A stretch of 37,083 bases of DNA from Ktedonobacterales bacterium (lineage in GTDB: Bacteria > Chloroflexota > Ktedonobacteria > Ktedonobacterales > JADMIN01). This document shows, piece after piece, positions 1-8,866 of the stretch. Under the pieces are notes generated by a model. That model ran no database searches and had not been told where the DNA came from. It worked only from the letters and a program-made list of their open reading frames with translations. The DNA lies in assembly GCA_039924685.1 (NCBI GenBank), contig JBDTAI010000209.1, positions 1 to 37,083 of the forward strand, given 5' to 3'. The translations under genes and the position numbers were made by a program. Within the stretch, counting starts at the first letter, position 1. Each line of letters opens with the position of its first letter.

Positions 1-933
1 AGCGGCCTGGGCCTGCGGGCTGATGAGACGGCGCTACGGGCAGGCCTGGCGATGGCGGGCGTTCCGCTCGAAGCGATCAGCGCGCTGGTCCTCACGCATG
101 CCCATCCCGACCACATCGGCATTGCGCACCGCATCCATGCCAAGTCGGGCGCGCCGATCTACATGCTGCCCGACGAGGCCGAGACGCTCTACACCGTTTG
201 GGATCGCGGCTTTGATGGCGCCGTCGCGCGACTGGCGGATTGGTACGCAAGCAACGGTCTGGCGCCTACCGAGGCTAGCCTGGATACTGGCGTGGGTACT
301 AGCTTTGTCGGCGCTGGCACTGGGGGGGCTGAGAACGCGACCGCCACGCCGATGTTGCCCATTCGCCTGCCGCCGCGCGCGGCGATCCATCCGGTGGCCG
401 AGGGACAAGACCTGCGCCTGGGTCGCTGGAGCTATCATGTCTACTGGACGCCGGGGCATGCCGACCATCACCTGTGTTTGCTGCGTGAGGACGGCCTGTT
501 CTTCGCGGGCGACCACATTCTGCCGCGCATCACCCCGAACATCGGCCTCTATCCTCATGCGCGCCCGAATCCGCTGGGCGACTACTACGCCTCACTGGGG
601 CTGGTGCGCGATCTGCCTGCGCGACTGACGCTCCCCGGCCACGGCCTGCCCTTTGCGGCGCTGGCGCAGCGGGTGGATGAATTGCGGCGCCACCATGAGG
701 AACGTAGCGCCACCGTCGCGCGCCTGCTGACCGAGGCGTCGGGTCAGCGGCAAACACGTGATGGCGTGGATGGCGCCACCGTGGCCCGCGCGCTCTTCGG
801 CGGGCGGCTGCATACACGCGACGACGAACGCTTTGCGCTGGTGGAGACACTCGCTCATCTGGAATACCTGTATCTGGCAGGCAAGGCTGATCGCAGCGAA
901 CAGGACGGGCCGCGGCGCTATTGCGCAAACTGA
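1..933 (+). CDS. MBL-fold metallo-hydrolase; 5' end lies upstream of the window
   Basis: Frame 1 is open from base 1 into the 52..933 ORF. HxHxDH zinc motif (LTHAHPDH) and a later His cluster (TPGHADHH) are present. MBL proteins usually carry ~50 aa before the motif, so the start is probably off-window. Stop TGA at 931-933. Confidence 0.85.
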   Translation, partial: SGLGLRADETALRAGLAMAGVPLEAISALVLTHAHPDHIGIAHRIHAKSGAPIYMLPDEAETLYTVWDRGFDGAVARLADWYASNGLAPTEASLDTGVGTSFVGAGTGGAENATATPMLPIRLPPRAAIHPVAEGQDLRLGRWSYHVYWTPGHADHHLCLLREDGLFFAGDHILPRITPNIGLYPHARPNPLGDYYASLGLVRDLPARLTLPGHGLPFAALAQRVDELRRHHEERSATVARLLTEASGQRQTRDGVDGATVARALFGGRLHTRDDERFALVETLAHLEYLYLAGKADRSEQDGPRRYCAN

Positions 934-963
934 TGTTGTCTGATGCTGTCTAATGCTGTCTGC
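931..963 (+). repeat. Tandem repeat, 10-bp unit tgatgctgtc, about 3.3 copies, beginning at the stop codon
   Basis: Read directly: tgatgttgtc tgatgctgtc taatgctgtc tgc. The first unit contains the TGA stop of the MBL gene. Confidence 0.85.
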
Positions 964-1413
964 TAAGCGTTGCGCAATTTGGGGTACTCGACTGCCACTG
1001 TGAGGGATGGATGACTCACTGATGGGGCGCCAACGTCGGCAGCGCCAGCGATGGCGTAGGACTTTAGTACCCCTGTTCCAGTAGGTCACGTTGGAATGGC
1101 CTAGAATCGTCCCACAACGCGACAAACCCGCTGAAATCCGTAATTCTTGGCCCTTCTGATGCGTCCAGACTACTGAACATGACAATAATAGGCGACTGCA
1201 AGAGCCGTGATGATCGCCAATTTGTCATGAGCGCTTGTCGCCAGGCCAGGCGCGTGCTACACTTGCGCCTAGCAAGTTTGTGACAGAAGTGGGCGTTACG
1301 CTTGGGAGTGAGCGGCTCACAACGTTGTATTGTTTTGTTACTGCAATTGAGATGCGCTGGCGACCCTTCGCTACGTGAGAGCGTAAGACGCCAACGCCGA
1401 GGAGGATACACTC

Positions 1414-1767
1414 ATGCCAGTTGGTCGCACAGAGTTGATCAAGCGTGTGGCGACGAAGTCCCAGAAGAGCGTGAAGGAGAGCACTGTCTTCGTCAACGCC
1501 GTTCTGGAGACCATTCAAGAGGCGCTCCAGGAGGGTGATGCGGTCAGCCTGGTGGGCTTCGGCAAGTTCGCCGTCAAAGACACCGCTCCCAGCGTGCGCG
1601 TCAATCCCCAGACCCGCGAGAAGATCAACGTGCCTGCCCGCAAGCGCGTCAAGTTCAGCCCCGGCAAGGAACTGAGCGACGCCGTTGAGGGTTCCAAAAC
1701 CGTTGCGGCTCCGAAAGTCGCGGCAGCCAAAGCCGCCGCCCCGAAAGCAACGGGCGGCAAGAAGTAA
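1414..1767 (+). CDS. hup: HU-family nucleoid DNA-binding protein with Ala/Lys/Pro-rich C-terminal tail
   Basis: GFGKFAVKD...NPQTREKINVPARKRVKFSPGKEL matches the HU/IHF arm and core. GGAGG lies 8 nt upstream of the ATG. The tail is AAPKVAAAKAAAPKATGGKK. Confidence 0.93.
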   Translation: MPVGRTELIKRVATKSQKSVKESTVFVNAVLETIQEALQEGDAVSLVGFGKFAVKDTAPSVRVNPQTREKINVPARKRVKFSPGKELSDAVEGSKTVAAPKVAAAKAAAPKATGGKK

Positions 1768-1805
1768 ACCGGCTGCGACGCCCAGCGCGCCGCTACGGTG
1801 AAGCA

Positions 1806-1838
1806 AAGGGCCTGACGATCACTCCCCGTCAGGCCCTT
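1806..1838. terminator. Hairpin between convergent hup and the NMO-like gene (probable bidirectional terminator)
   Basis: 12-bp perfect stem aagggcctgacg / cgtcaggccctt with a 9-nt loop, followed by gttatat. Confidence 0.6.
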
Positions 1839-1887
1839 GTTATATGCCCTCACCTCAACCTTCTCATGGTAGGCGAGGGAGACAAAA

Positions 1888-2949
1888 TTACTCCTTCTTG
1901 AAAGTCTGCGACGCCTGTTGCAATGCCGCCTGCGCCTCGCGGACCATGCGCTCGATCAGTTCGCGGGCGGTGGGGATGTCGGCGATCAGGCCGATCCCCT
2001 GGCCAGCCCAGACAAACCCCTCATCCAGCTTGCCCTCGATAGCCGCCTTGATGTTCACCTCGCCCCGAATGTAGGGGAGCAGCGCTACGAGCGCCTCTTC
2101 ACGCGAGGCGCCACTGCGCTCAAGGTCCGCCTCCAGCGTCAGAATGCGCTCCGCCATCGGGCCGCGTAGCACCCGGGCCGGTCGCCCAATCGCGCGCTCG
2201 ATCACCAGGGTGTCGTTCTCGGTGGCCGCTACCAGCGCCGCCTTATATGCCGGATGCGCGATGCACTCCTGCACGGCGATGAAGCGCGTCCCCATCTCCA
2301 CGCCATCCGCGCCCAGCGCCAGCGCCGCTGCCAGCCCGCGCCCATCCACCATGCCACCGCTCGCCAGCACAGGAATCGTGATGGTGTCGAGGATGCGTGG
2401 CGTGAGGATCAGTGTGCTCACGTCGTCGCGCCCCAGATGTCCACCGCCCTCATAGCCAACGGCGATCACTGCGTCGGCGCCGAGGTCTTGCGCCTTACGG
2501 GCGGCGCGCACCCCTGCCACCAGCACCATCGTCTTCGGCAGTGGCGCCACACCGCTGTGCTGGATGCGCCGCAACGTCGCTTCGGGGTTGCCCGCGGTGA
2601 TGGTGATGACGGGCGCGTTTTCCTCCAACGCCACATCCAGGAACGGCTCGATGGGCCGCATTCCCAGCGGGAAGTTGACGCCGTAGGGCGCGGTGGTGGC
2701 CGCACGCAGGCGGTGGATGTCGGCGCGCAGTTCGTCGGGTGTGGCGAAACAGGCGACGCCAAGCTGGCCAAGTCCGCCCGCCGCCGAGACGGCAGCCGCC
2801 AGTCCAGAGTAGGCCAGATGCGCCAGCCCACCCTGCACGATGGGGTAGCGGAGGGCCAGCAGTTCGGTGATGCGCGTGCGTAGTGGCGCGGGCGCTGTGG
2901 GATTGGTTATGTGCTGGTCGTGTGGGGTAGCTGGCTCGTTCTCGGCCAC
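1888..2949 (-). CDS. Nitronate monooxygenase / FabK-like FMN oxidoreductase (NMO family)
   Basis: N-terminal LALRYPIVQGGLAHLAYSGLAAAVSAAGGLGQLG and the TIM-barrel FMN pattern (VLASGGMVDGRG, GADGVEMGTRF). GTG start with GGAGG upstream. Confidence 0.85.
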   Translation of the reverse strand: MAENEPATPHDQHITNPTAPAPLRTRITELLALRYPIVQGGLAHLAYSGLAAAVSAAGGLGQLGVACFATPDELRADIHRLRAATTAPYGVNFPLGMRPIEPFLDVALEENAPVITITAGNPEATLRRIQHSGVAPLPKTMVLVAGVRAARKAQDLGADAVIAVGYEGGGHLGRDDVSTLILTPRILDTITIPVLASGGMVDGRGLAAALALGADGVEMGTRFIAVQECIAHPAYKAALVAATENDTLVIERAIGRPARVLRGPMAERILTLEADLERSGASREEALVALLPYIRGEVNIKAAIEGKLDEGFVWAGQGIGLIADIPTARELIERMVREAQAALQQASQTFKKE

Positions 2950-3254
2950 AGAGAAACCTCCTCGAAAGGCATGGTGTGTTGCACAGTAATTCGCTGTAGG
3001 GGCATCCGGCAGACGCCTGCCGCGCCACCTATCTACAGCAACTCTACAGCAGAGCCGACAGGCGACAGATAGTGTGCTACTGATAGGTGCTTAGAAGTAT
3101 AGCCCAGCGGCGTCCTGGAACGCAGCAGCAAGGAGCAATGCGCAAGGAGGCCGCAGGCTGGCATATGGGCGGCGTGTGCGGCATTGTGCGGCGCGGCCAG
3201 TCGGTGTGGGCGAGTATAGCGTGTCTCTCCGGCTGGCTTGCCCGGCGGCGGATG

Positions 3255-3263
3255 TGCTATGCT
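3255..3263 (+). promoter_or_regulatory. Possible extended -10 promoter (TGcTATGCT) for tRNA-Leu
   Basis: TGc + TATGCT lies ~65 nt upstream of the tRNA 5' end. There is no convincing -35. Confidence 0.3.
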
Positions 3264-3327
3264 GAGGGCGGCGAAAGGCGCTTTGTTTGGAAGATAGTGA
3301 CATACTGCGAGGCGCCTGCGGCCATCT

Positions 3328-3416
3328 GGGGCGGTGGTGAAATGGTAGACACAGCGGACTTAAAATCCGTTGCCGGCCAACCCGGCGTGGGGGTTCGAGT
3401 CCCCCCCGCCCTACCA
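3328..3416 (+). tRNA. tRNA-Leu (anticodon UAA), class II with long variable arm, CCA encoded
   Basis: Folded by hand. Acceptor GGGGCGG / CCGCCCT (G1-U72 wobble). Anticodon stem gcgga / tccgt with loop cuUAAaa. Long variable arm gttgccggccaacccggcg. T arm GGGGG-TTCGAGT-CCCCC. Discriminator A followed by CCA. Confidence 0.9.
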
Positions 3417-3429
3417 GGAAATCCTGAAT

Positions 3430-3717
3430 CTATCTGACTTCAACGCGACCAACTGGCATTGCGTGATGGCCCTCGTTTCGGTCATCCACGCGGGTTTTGC
3501 GCCACTTTTGACCCCAGCCGCTATAGAACTGTTCATATTCATAGCGATGCAACTCCCAGCCGTTGGGCTGACGGTTTAGCCGATGCTGATCTGTAATGTC
3601 CCTGGCGCGCTTGAGCGCTCGGCGCACTGTCTCTGCCCATGACGAGACTGCAAGTTGTGGCACATTCACTTGCTCCAAACCAGGCACGCCAAGTCCACGG
3701 ACCAGGGACTCTTCCAT
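3430..3717 (-). CDS. Hypothetical protein (possibly a gene remnant) in the low-GC stretch next to the tRNA
   Basis: 95-aa ORF only, with no motif I recognise. It sits in a ~50% GC segment directly 3' of the tRNA. Confidence 0.3.
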   Translation of the reverse strand: MEESLVRGLGVPGLEQVNVPQLAVSSWAETVRRALKRARDITDQHRLNRQPNGWELHRYEYEQFYSGWGQKWRKTRVDDRNEGHHAMPVGRVEVR

Positions 3718-4034
3718 GAGACACCAATCCTCTCGCTACATAGCTGAACAACGCTTCATGCAAAGTGTGGCCCACAATGGTGAATGCCGACAAGCCGCTG
3801 CTTACGGCCTAGTTTCAGGCAGATGAGGCAGGGGACAATTGTCACTTCCCCATGCTTGACGACAGGAAGTGCAAGTACATCATGTACAATCGTTAGGACA
3901 AGGGGAGGTGTTCTCTACGCTTCCCATACCATTACGAATGCGAAGCATGAACATGCACACGTCCTTCGGCAAAGGCGCTGGATGGATAGACACGCAACAG
4001 TACTGCAAATATCCCGATAGAGGAGCTTTCCCGC

Positions 4035-6593
4035 GTGAAGATACTTGGCCGCATGGCCGTTTTCCCGACGATTCCGCCGCGCATCGAGCGGTTGCACGAG
4101 CTAGCCTACAACCTCTGGTGGACCTGGACACCCGACGCCCAGGCGCTCTACGAGACGATTGATCCTGCTCTGTGGGCGCGCACCGAGCATAACGCCGTCC
4201 GCACACTGGCCGAGGCCGACCCCGCGCGGCTGACGGCGCTGGCCGACGATGGCGCCTTTCAGGCGCGCTATGATACCGTGCTGGCCGCATTCGACGCCTA
4301 CATGAATCCGCAGTCCACCTGGTTCAGCGCCCATCACCCGGAGGCGAAGGGCAAGACCATCGCCTACTTCTCCGCCGAGTTTGGCCTGCATGAGTCGCTG
4401 CCGATCTACTCCGGTGGCCTGGGCATCCTCTCCGGCGATCACTGCAAAGAGGCCAGCGATCTCGGCCTGCCCTTCGTCGGCGTTGGCTTTCTCTATCCCC
4501 AGGGCTACTTCCGCCAGCAGATCACCCGCGAGGGACGCCAGGAGGCGATCTACCAGAAGCTCAACTTCTCCGAGGCGCCCGCCCGCCCGGCCACCGATCC
4601 GCAGGGGCGCGAGGTGCTGATCAATGTGGATTTGCCAGGGCGCAAGGTCTACGCCAAAGTCTGGCGCATTCAGGTGGGGCGCATCCCGCTCTACCTGATG
4701 GATACCGACGTGGACCTCAATGCGCCCAACGACCGCGACCTCTCGGCGCGGCTCTATGCGGGCGACCACGAGATGCGCATCGCGCAGGAGATCATGCTGG
4801 GCATCGGCGGCGTGCGGGCGTTACGGGCGCTGCACATTGACGCCAATGTCTGGCATATGAACGAAGGCCACTCGGCATTCCTGGGGCTTGAGCGCTGCCG
4901 AGAGCTAATCGCCGGGCTGGATGTCAGCTTTGAAGTGGCCCGTCGCATCGCCGCCGCCAACGCGATTTTCACCACCCATACGCCGGTCGCCGCCGGCAAC
5001 GATGTCTTTTCCTTCGATCTGGTGGAACGCTACTTCGCCGACTACTGGCCGCAGTTACGGCTTGACCGCGACGGCTTCCTCGACTTCGCCCGTCAGGACG
5101 CCGGATGGGGGTCGGGCTATAGCATGACGGTGCTGGCGATCAGGATGGCGGCGCAACGCAACGGCGTGAGCCGTCTGCATGGCGATGTGTCGCGTCAGAT
5201 GTGGCAGTTCCTCTGGCCTGATCTCGAAACCGGCGAGGTTCCCATCGGCTCGATCACCAATGGCGTGCATACCGCTACCTGGCTGGCGCCGCAGATGGCC
5301 GACCTCTATAGCCGCTATCTCGGCCCCGACTGGTACGCGCATCTGGATGATCCCGACCGCTGGCGCGATGTCGCGGCGATCCCCGCTGCCGAACTCTGGG
5401 CCACTCATCAGGCGCTCAAGGACCAGATGATCGCCTATGCGCGACGGCGGCTTCAGCAGCAGGGGATGCGGCATGGCAAGAGCGGCGCGACACTAGCGGC
5501 GATGGACCAGATACTCGATCCACGGGCGCTGACGCTGGGGTTTGCCCGGCGCTTCGCTACCTATAAGCGCGCGACGCTGCTCTTCCGCGACCGTGAGCGG
5601 CTGTCCCGGCTACTGAACAATCCCGACCGTCCGGTGCAGATCGTCTTTGCGGGCAAGGCGCATCCCGCCGATCAGCCGGGACAGGACTTCATCCGCCAGG
5701 TGTATCAGTTTGCCAGTGAGCCGGAGTTTGCGGGCAAGATCGTCTTCCTCGAAGACTACGATATGGATATGGCGCGACACCTGGTGAGCGGCTGCGACGT
5801 ATGGCTCAATACGCCGATCCGCCCGCACGAGGCCAGCGGCACCAGCGGCCAGAAGGCCAGCCTGAATGGGCTGCCCAATTGCAGTGTGATTGACGGCTGG
5901 TGGGAAGAAGGCTACAACGGCCACAACGGCTGGGCCATTGGCGAACGGCGCGACTACCAGGACGACCAGACCCGCGACGACGCCGACGCGCTGGCGCTCT
6001 ATGAAACGCTGGAGCGCGCCATCGTGCCGCTCTACTATTCGCGTGGCGACGATGGCCTGCCGCGCGGCTGGCTGGCCGTGATGAAGGAGGCGATCCGCAC
6101 GGTGGCGCCCACCTTCAGCATGAAGCGCATGGTCAAGCAGTATACCGACGACCTGTATATTCCTGCCCTGAAGCTGGGCCAGCAGATGGACGGCGACTCA
6201 TACGCGCTGGCCCGTGAGTTGAGCGGCTGGGCGGAGCGATTGCGTCGTGAGTGGAGCAATGTTGCCGTCGAGGCGGAGGGTCCGCGTGAGGGACAGCTTG
6301 CGCAGGGTCAGCCGCTCCGCGTAACGGCCTATGTGCGGCTTGGGGCGCTCAAGCCTGACGATGTGCGTGTGGAACTGGTGGAGGCGCGTGATGAGAACGG
6401 CATACTACGCGACCGGCAGGTGATCCAGATGGGGGCGGCGAGCGGCGCCAAAACCGGAGCGGATGGAGCGCGGCGCTATACGGCGCAGTACACACCCGAC
6501 GCCAACGGCAGCCTGGTCTATGGCGTGCGCGTCGTTCCCCATCATGCAGGGCTGACCTCGCCACTGGAGACGGGGCTTGCGCGCTGGGCGTGA
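4035..6593 (+). CDS. glgP: Alpha-glucan (glycogen/maltodextrin) phosphorylase, GT35 family
   Basis: EFGLHESLPIYSGGLGILSGDHCKEASDLGLPFVGVG and the PLP-lysine region HEASGTSGQKASLNG. GTG start preceded by agaggag. Confidence 0.93.
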   Translation: MKILGRMAVFPTIPPRIERLHELAYNLWWTWTPDAQALYETIDPALWARTEHNAVRTLAEADPARLTALADDGAFQARYDTVLAAFDAYMNPQSTWFSAHHPEAKGKTIAYFSAEFGLHESLPIYSGGLGILSGDHCKEASDLGLPFVGVGFLYPQGYFRQQITREGRQEAIYQKLNFSEAPARPATDPQGREVLINVDLPGRKVYAKVWRIQVGRIPLYLMDTDVDLNAPNDRDLSARLYAGDHEMRIAQEIMLGIGGVRALRALHIDANVWHMNEGHSAFLGLERCRELIAGLDVSFEVARRIAAANAIFTTHTPVAAGNDVFSFDLVERYFADYWPQLRLDRDGFLDFARQDAGWGSGYSMTVLAIRMAAQRNGVSRLHGDVSRQMWQFLWPDLETGEVPIGSITNGVHTATWLAPQMADLYSRYLGPDWYAHLDDPDRWRDVAAIPAAELWATHQALKDQMIAYARRRLQQQGMRHGKSGATLAAMDQILDPRALTLGFARRFATYKRATLLFRDRERLSRLLNNPDRPVQIVFAGKAHPADQPGQDFIRQVYQFASEPEFAGKIVFLEDYDMDMARHLVSGCDVWLNTPIRPHEASGTSGQKASLNGLPNCSVIDGWWEEGYNGHNGWAIGERRDYQDDQTRDDADALALYETLERAIVPLYYSRGDDGLPRGWLAVMKEAIRTVAPTFSMKRMVKQYTDDLYIPALKLGQQMDGDSYALARELSGWAERLRREWSNVAVEAEGPREGQLAQGQPLRVTAYVRLGALKPDDVRVELVEARDENGILRDRQVIQMGAASGAKTGADGARRYTAQYTPDANGSLVYGVRVVPHHAGLTSPLETGLARWA

Positions 6594-6703
6594 ACTGGCC
6601 AGCGGGTGGGGTCGGCCAGCGACTAAAGCCACGCCTCTGGGCTATCGCCACAAGGGCCACGCCTGCGTGAGTGGGAGACTATTCGCCGCCAGGCTGCCGA
6701 TCT

Positions 6704-7609
6704 TCATGCCTCATCAGCTAGGACTTCGGCGATGGCGCGTCGGGCGATGTTGGCGAGGACAGGGTTGGTGTGCTGGTAGTAGGGCAGCGCGATCAGTCCG
6801 ATGGAGAGCGCCCAGCCGCGACCGCGCGCCCATGTCGCATCGTCAACCGCCAGCGCCGCACGGAAGACACGCCGGGTCTGAGCGGAGAAGAAGTTCCATG
6901 CGGGCATCAGGTCGCAGGCGGGTTCACCTACCCCCAGCGCGCCGAAGTCTATCACGGCGCTGATCCGGCCCTGCTCAACAAGCAGGTTGAGTGGGGAGAG
7001 GTCGCCATGAATCCAGACAGGCGGACCATTCCATGCGGGCGCTTTCAGGGCTGCCTCCCATGCGGCGCTCACTGCGTCGGTATCGAGCGCGCCTTCCAGT
7101 GAGGCAGTTGCCGCGCGAGTCTCAGCATCGCGCGTGGCAAGCGGTACGCCACGTGACGCGACTGGTGGCTCAGGGAGCGGCCAGTCCTTGGTAGCGATCT
7201 GGCGCAAGGCCGTGGTGAACTGCGCCAGATCACGCGCCGCCCGATCCTGGTCGGCTATCCGTGCGACGGTAGCGTTCTCGCCGGTGAGCCAGCGGTAGAT
7301 GGACCATCGCCAGGGATAGCCTTCGCCCGGCGCTCCCAGCGCGAGTGGCATAGGGATGGCCAGCGGCAGGTGTGGAGCAAGTCGCGGCAGCCAGCGTTGC
7401 TCTTTCTCCACATCCGCAACGGCCCAGTCAATGCGAGGCAGCCGCACGACCATGTTCTCGCCCAGCCGATAGAGCGCGTTGTCGGTCCCGGCGGAGGGAA
7501 CTGGCGCGATGGGCAGTTCCGCCCACTGGGGAAACTGCGCTGTGAGCAACCGACGCACAAGTGATGCGTCGGTATGCACTTCATCGTCGTGCATTTTGCT
7601 AGCGGACAT
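6704..7609 (-). CDS. Aminoglycoside/phosphotransferase (APH) family kinase-like protein
   Basis: Catalytic loop WIHGDLSPLNLL and the IDFG motif. The start overlaps the stop of the upstream fpg gene by 11 nt. Confidence 0.85.
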   Translation of the reverse strand: MSASKMHDDEVHTDASLVRRLLTAQFPQWAELPIAPVPSAGTDNALYRLGENMVVRLPRIDWAVADVEKEQRWLPRLAPHLPLAIPMPLALGAPGEGYPWRWSIYRWLTGENATVARIADQDRAARDLAQFTTALRQIATKDWPLPEPPVASRGVPLATRDAETRAATASLEGALDTDAVSAAWEAALKAPAWNGPPVWIHGDLSPLNLLVEQGRISAVIDFGALGVGEPACDLMPAWNFFSAQTRRVFRAALAVDDATWARGRGWALSIGLIALPYYQHTNPVLANIARRAIAEVLADEA

Positions 7610-8621
7610 GTGTACCTGACGCTTTCAGCTTGTTGGAGCGTACCAGGTGTTCCGACGCATCCGTTGGCGCATTTCCATGACTCACGTTTCCCAGCGGCTG
7701 GCAGTTGGGGCAGAAGTGCGTGCCACGCTGGGTGACGACGATGCGCTGAATCGGCGTTCCGCAGCGGGGGCAGGGTTGGCCGGTATGTTGGTAGACCTCG
7801 ACGTGTTCCAGGTTGGTTCCGGCCTCATCATAAATATCGCGGTGTCGGCCAAACGTTGTGCCGCCATGCGTGATGCCGGTCTCCAGCGCACCCCGGATGC
7901 CCGCATGCAGCGCGGTGACCTCGTTGGATGTAAGCGAGTCGGCGGGCCGCAACGGATGGATGCCCGCGCGAAACAGCGACTCATCGGCGTAGATGTTGCC
8001 AAGCCCGGCGATCACCGCCTGATCGAGCAGGGTGGCCTTGATGGCGCGTTTGCCGGTGAGGCGCTTCGCCAGCGCCTCGGACGTGAAGGCGTCATCGAGC
8101 GGTTCGGGGCCAATCGCCGCGAAAAACGTGGGCAGCGCGTCGGGCACGGTGAGCGTCAGCCGCCCGAACTTGCGCGGATCGGTGTAGAGCAGCAGCGCGT
8201 CATTGTCCAGCGTGAGGGCCACCTGCGTGTAGCGCGCACCCGCTGAGGCGAACGCCTCTACCGATGGTTGGGCCGTATCGGCCAGCGGTGCGGCGCGTTC
8301 CGGCGCAATCAGCAGCAGGTTGCCCGACATGCGGCGATGAACGACCAGGATGCGCGTATCACCTGTATCCTGAGTATCCTGCATGTCGGAGTTCTTATCT
8401 GCGCCAACATTCTCATTAGTGGGCGCGAGCGTGATCAGCAGGTATTTTGCGCGCCGCCCGATGGCGGTGATACGTCGTCCGACGATCTGCCGGGTGAAGG
8501 CGTCGGGCGTCATCCCCTGGATGGCGCGCTCCCACAACACCTGGGCGCGCACGATGCGGCGCCCGATTACTCCCGCGCGCAACTGGCGGGCGACATATTC
8601 GACTTCTGGTAGTTCTGGCAT
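7599..8621 (-). CDS. mutM: Formamidopyrimidine-DNA glycosylase (Fpg/MutM) with internal low-complexity insert and C-terminal tail
   Basis: MPELPEVE N-terminus; the catalytic Pro must follow the initiator Met, so I place the start at 8621 rather than 8657. C-terminal zinc finger CPRCG...CPNCQ. Confidence 0.9.
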   Translation of the reverse strand: MPELPEVEYVARQLRAGVIGRRIVRAQVLWERAIQGMTPDAFTRQIVGRRITAIGRRAKYLLITLAPTNENVGADKNSDMQDTQDTGDTRILVVHRRMSGNLLLIAPERAAPLADTAQPSVEAFASAGARYTQVALTLDNDALLLYTDPRKFGRLTLTVPDALPTFFAAIGPEPLDDAFTSEALAKRLTGKRAIKATLLDQAVIAGLGNIYADESLFRAGIHPLRPADSLTSNEVTALHAGIRGALETGITHGGTTFGRHRDIYDEAGTNLEHVEVYQHTGQPCPRCGTPIQRIVVTQRGTHFCPNCQPLGNVSHGNAPTDASEHLVRSNKLKASGTHVR

Positions 8622-8669
8622 GGGGGAATTCGCCGCTTTCTCTGCAATCTGGGTCATCCCGGCTGATCT

Positions 8670-8699
8670 TTGGCTAGCGCAAACGTTCTAGCCTAGTAT
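8670..8699 (+). promoter_or_regulatory. Candidate sigma70-type promoter upstream of the BNR-repeat gene
   Basis: TTGGCT, 18-nt spacer, TAGTAT. It lies ~165 nt upstream of the ATG at 8867. Confidence 0.35.
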
Positions 8700-8866
8700 A
8701 TCATCTGGCCGTCATGGCGCGTTGGTTCTGCGCACCCCAAAACAGTGCGCCTTGCTGGTTCCGTCGTGTGATTGTGTACTGACCGTTAATAACAGGCGCT
8801 GTGGCGCGTGTGTATAGATAAACGCATTGGCTCCTGGTGTCGGAACTGGTGAGAAGGGAATGACAC

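Noticed and set aside
1064-1411. 115-aa minus-strand ORF in the MBL-hup intergenic region
   Set aside because: It has an odd composition, no RBS and no motif. The region more likely holds the hup promoter and leader.
3417-4034. Integrase gene or att direct repeat expected next to tRNA-Leu
   Set aside because: No recombinase-like ORF was seen nearby, and by eye no second copy of the tRNA 3' end occurs anywhere in the window. Only the compositional anomaly is reported.
4101-4769. 222-aa minus-strand ORF inside glgP
   Set aside because: It is an antisense shadow of a well-supported GT35 phosphorylase.
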